Source of the DNA: Corallochytrium limacisporum Hawaii
Taxonomy: Eukaryota > Protista > Pluriformea
DNA length: 33,616 nucleotides
Reading direction: 5' to 3'
Assembly (NCBI GenBank): GCA_002811645.1
Contig: PDIP01000128.1
Location: 1-33,616, forward strand
The translations under genes were made by a program, and so were the position numbers. Under the pieces are notes generated by a model. It did not search any database and was not told the DNA's origin. It worked only from the letters and a program-made list of their open reading frames with translations. Position 1 is the stretch's first letter; each line of letters begins with the position of its first letter. This document shows positions 31,139 to 33,616 of the stretch, piece after piece.

Positions 31139-31711
31139 ATGGTGTCTTTTACTTCTCTTGCAACCGCTGGCCTGGCCGCTCTCGCCGCCATCGCACAGGG
31201 AGCTTCTGCTCCTGATGAAGAATGTACCACGGGACTGCGATTCAAGATGCAGGAAGTGTCATGTTTTCTTGCCGATTACTGGTATGACCGCTTAGTTCTT
31301 GGTGGAGCCCTGCCCCCCGCAGGTTATGTTCGCTATAATGCTCTCATTCCTGAGTACTACCAACTCCCTGCACAGTCCAAGCCCTACGCCTCCAAGTCCA
31401 TCGTTTGGAACAATCTCGATGCCTTCAACCCCGGCTGGTATATCAAGAAAGGTTCAGATTTCGAGCTCGGCATGTACCTCATTTCCAACACCGCCGCTGG
31501 CCACAACAGGAAGGCCCTGGTTGAGAAACAGACGTTTACAGCTCCTGATGGGTCGAAGCTGCCGACATCTGACACATACACCTTTGGCGATACCGACGAC
31601 ACGTATTGCTACATTACCGTGCAGTACACCTGCCGGGACATAGACACGGAACCCACTGTGCAGTACCTGACTGCTCACAAAACTGTTGTCCACCCCGACG
31701 CAGACCTTTAA
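31139..31711 (+). CDS. Small secreted 4-Cys protein of unknown function, copy A (190 aa)
   Basis: accATGG start followed by signal peptide MVSFTSLATAGLAALAAIAQGA. The longer track ORF from 30938 runs through the promoter. The paralog at 32902 conserves the frame. Confidence 0.88.
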   Translation: MVSFTSLATAGLAALAAIAQGASAPDEECTTGLRFKMQEVSCFLADYWYDRLVLGGALPPAGYVRYNALIPEYYQLPAQSKPYASKSIVWNNLDAFNPGWYIKKGSDFELGMYLISNTAAGHNRKALVEKQTFTAPDGSKLPTSDTYTFGDTDDTYCYITVQYTCRDIDTEPTVQYLTAHKTVVHPDADL

Positions 31712-32612
31712 GGACGCTGAAGTTCTGAATGGTACTACACTTCGACGTTGAACCCATGGACCGCGACTGTGCGGTCTGCATTGGGAAGGACAGCCATGTT
31801 ACCCACCGTAGACCACAGGTGAATACGTGTCACGGGTGTAGAGGCTTGTTTAGAAGAAAGTGGTCTTCAACTGCCGTTCATTCTTGCGCACACCATCTGC
31901 ACATGTCAAAGTTGTTATAGTAAAGCTAAGTTACCCCTGTTTTCCACTAAATACGTTCCGCCCGTAAATCACTGTTCCCTTGCCCCGGGCGGGTTTGCCC
32001 CTCCCCCCAGGAGGGGGGCTGAGGGGTAGCCAGCCATTCAGGGGAATTCGCCGCCGAGCGGCCAATCGCCAGGGCTGGCCAGTATCATAATTCGCTACCA
32101 GATTGGTTTCCCTTAGGACTCACTCCGATCATCTTCTTCATCACCAATGGGTTCTGGCGGAACCTATACCGTGGCAGAGCCACCCCACACGTACAGTCGC
32201 CGCCGCGAAATCCAGTCCTTCTATAGGACGGCATTTCGCATCCAGATAGCGCCCACCGCAATTCCAACCACAGTCATTTACATTTCTCACACTTCGTGTC
32301 CCTACGGGGACACTCTCTCTCCCTATCGAGCCCGATCATCAATTTGTCCATGGGTATTATCGGGGGGAAATCGACGCGCACCTATCGCTGCGAATTGGGC
32401 CTGGCCTGGAATGCCGGAGGACTGCCACGAGTATAGCGGGTGCTTGGGCGCATTCCTGGAGGAGTAGTCCCGGTGGAGGACACACTCCCACATTGGTAGT
32501 TGGTGGCAGTGTCAGGTATCGAACATCTTGTGCTCTGGGATTGATATGCTCAGTGGACCCCGGTGGCAGGGAAAAGCAGGAAACGGCGCGACGCGCAGTA
32601 GGCGTGCGCTGT

Positions 32613-33616
32613 GGGGGGGGGAAGGGGTGCCAATAAATGCGGTTTTGTGTGACTTATATCAACAAGCAAATCATTCGGGTGCCGCGATGACTATCATCGC
32701 TTGATGACTTTGAAATGGTCATCCAACTTCACGATGTTTCTGGGACTCTTCGAATATGGTCGCCTAGCGAGTCTCTGTCAAAAGCAAAGAAGTCAGGTAT
32801 TTAAAGATCTGAGCTTCAGGTGCTCGCAGTCGCTGGGCAGATCATCAAAGGTTCATATAGACAAGTTCCACATAGTTATTCCAACTTATCAATCATCAAT
32901 CATGGTGTCTTTTACTTCTCTTGCAACCGCTGGCCTGGCCGCTCTCGCCGCCATCGCACAGGGAGCGTCTGTTTCTGGTGAAGACTGTACTGAGGGAATG
33001 CGATTCAAGATGCAGGAAGTGTCCTGCAAATTTGCCGATGACATGTATGACCGCTTACATCTTGGTGCGTCCCTTCCCCCCGCAGGTTATGTTCGCTTTA
33101 ATGCTCTCTATCCTGAGTACTACCAACTCCCTGCACAGTCCAAGCCCTACGCCTACGAGACCATCGTTTGGAACAATCTCGATGCCTACAACCCCGGCTG
33201 GTATATCAAGAAAGGTTCAGATTTCGAGCTCGGCATGTACCTCATTTCCAACACCGCCGCTGGCTACAACAAGAAGGCCCTGGTTGAGACAAAGATCTTT
33301 ACCGCTCCTTCTCTAACGGGTTCTGCGAACTACACATTTGGCGATGTCGACGACACGTCTTGCGAAATTACAGTGGAGTACACTTGCCGGGACAAACCCT
33401 CGGAACACACTGTGCCGTACCTGACTGCTCACAAAACTGTTGTCCACCCCGACGCAGACCTTTAAGGACGCTGAAGTTCTGAATGGTACTGTACTTCGAC
33501 GTTGAACCCATGGACCGCGGCTGTTCGGTCTGCATTGGGAAGGACAGCCATGTTACCCACCGTAGACCACAGGTGAATACGTGTCACGGGTGTAGAGGCT
33601 TGTTTAGAAGAAAGTG
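32613..33616 (+). repeat. ~1-kb segmental duplication unit, copy B, running to the window end
   Basis: Matches 30847-31862. Confidence 0.95.
32902..33465 (+). CDS. Small secreted 4-Cys protein of unknown function, copy B (187 aa)
   Basis: Same signal peptide and C-terminus (YLTAHKTVVHPDADL) as copy A, with a 3-codon in-frame deletion. Confidence 0.88.
   Translation: MVSFTSLATAGLAALAAIAQGASVSGEDCTEGMRFKMQEVSCKFADDMYDRLHLGASLPPAGYVRFNALYPEYYQLPAQSKPYAYETIVWNNLDAYNPGWYIKKGSDFELGMYLISNTAAGYNKKALVETKIFTAPSLTGSANYTFGDVDDTSCEITVEYTCRDKPSEHTVPYLTAHKTVVHPDADL

Larger units (their letters stand above)
30847..31862 (+). repeat. ~1-kb segmental duplication unit, copy A (promoter + CDS + 3' flank)
   Basis: Matches 32613-33616 with an offset of about 1763 nt before the in-frame 9-nt indel and 1754 nt after it. 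Confidence 0.95.

Noticed and set aside
31697-31711. C-terminal DADL as an ER-retention signal
   Set aside because: It does not fit the [KH]DEL-type consensus well enough to call.
31139-33465. Diversity-generating retroelement template/variable repeat pair
   Set aside because: Differences are not adenine-specific, both copies are full genes with promoters, and no reverse transcriptase is present.

Overview
Eukaryotic-type genomic DNA, not bacterial: no operons or Shine-Dalgarno sites were noticed, starts are Kozak-like, a TATA-like box recurs about 100 nt upstream of ATGs, and intergenic stretches are long and rich in G/C homopolymers. The organism cannot be identified from the sequence. The window starts in a telomere-like (CCCTGA)n tract and looks like a subtelomeric accessory region of apparently intronless genes. 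It contains: a secreted aerolysin/ETX-MTX2-like beta-pore-forming protein; a 4-TM membrane protein; a 2OG-Fe(II) dioxygenase split by a 1-nt frameshift in a G9 run and bracketed by ~370-bp direct repeats; three paralogous small Cys-rich single-pass membrane proteins; a secreted Agd3-like (CE18) polysaccharide deacetylase with two unfamiliar 10-Cys modules; two paralogous GIY-YIG nucleases with CCHC zinc knuckles and VIDL SUMO-interaction-like motifs; and a tandem pair of small secreted proteins whose mature regions diverge far more than their flanking DNA. Minisatellites, possible transposon relics and one assembly gap lie between the genes. All family calls come from motif recognition by eye; no searches were run.
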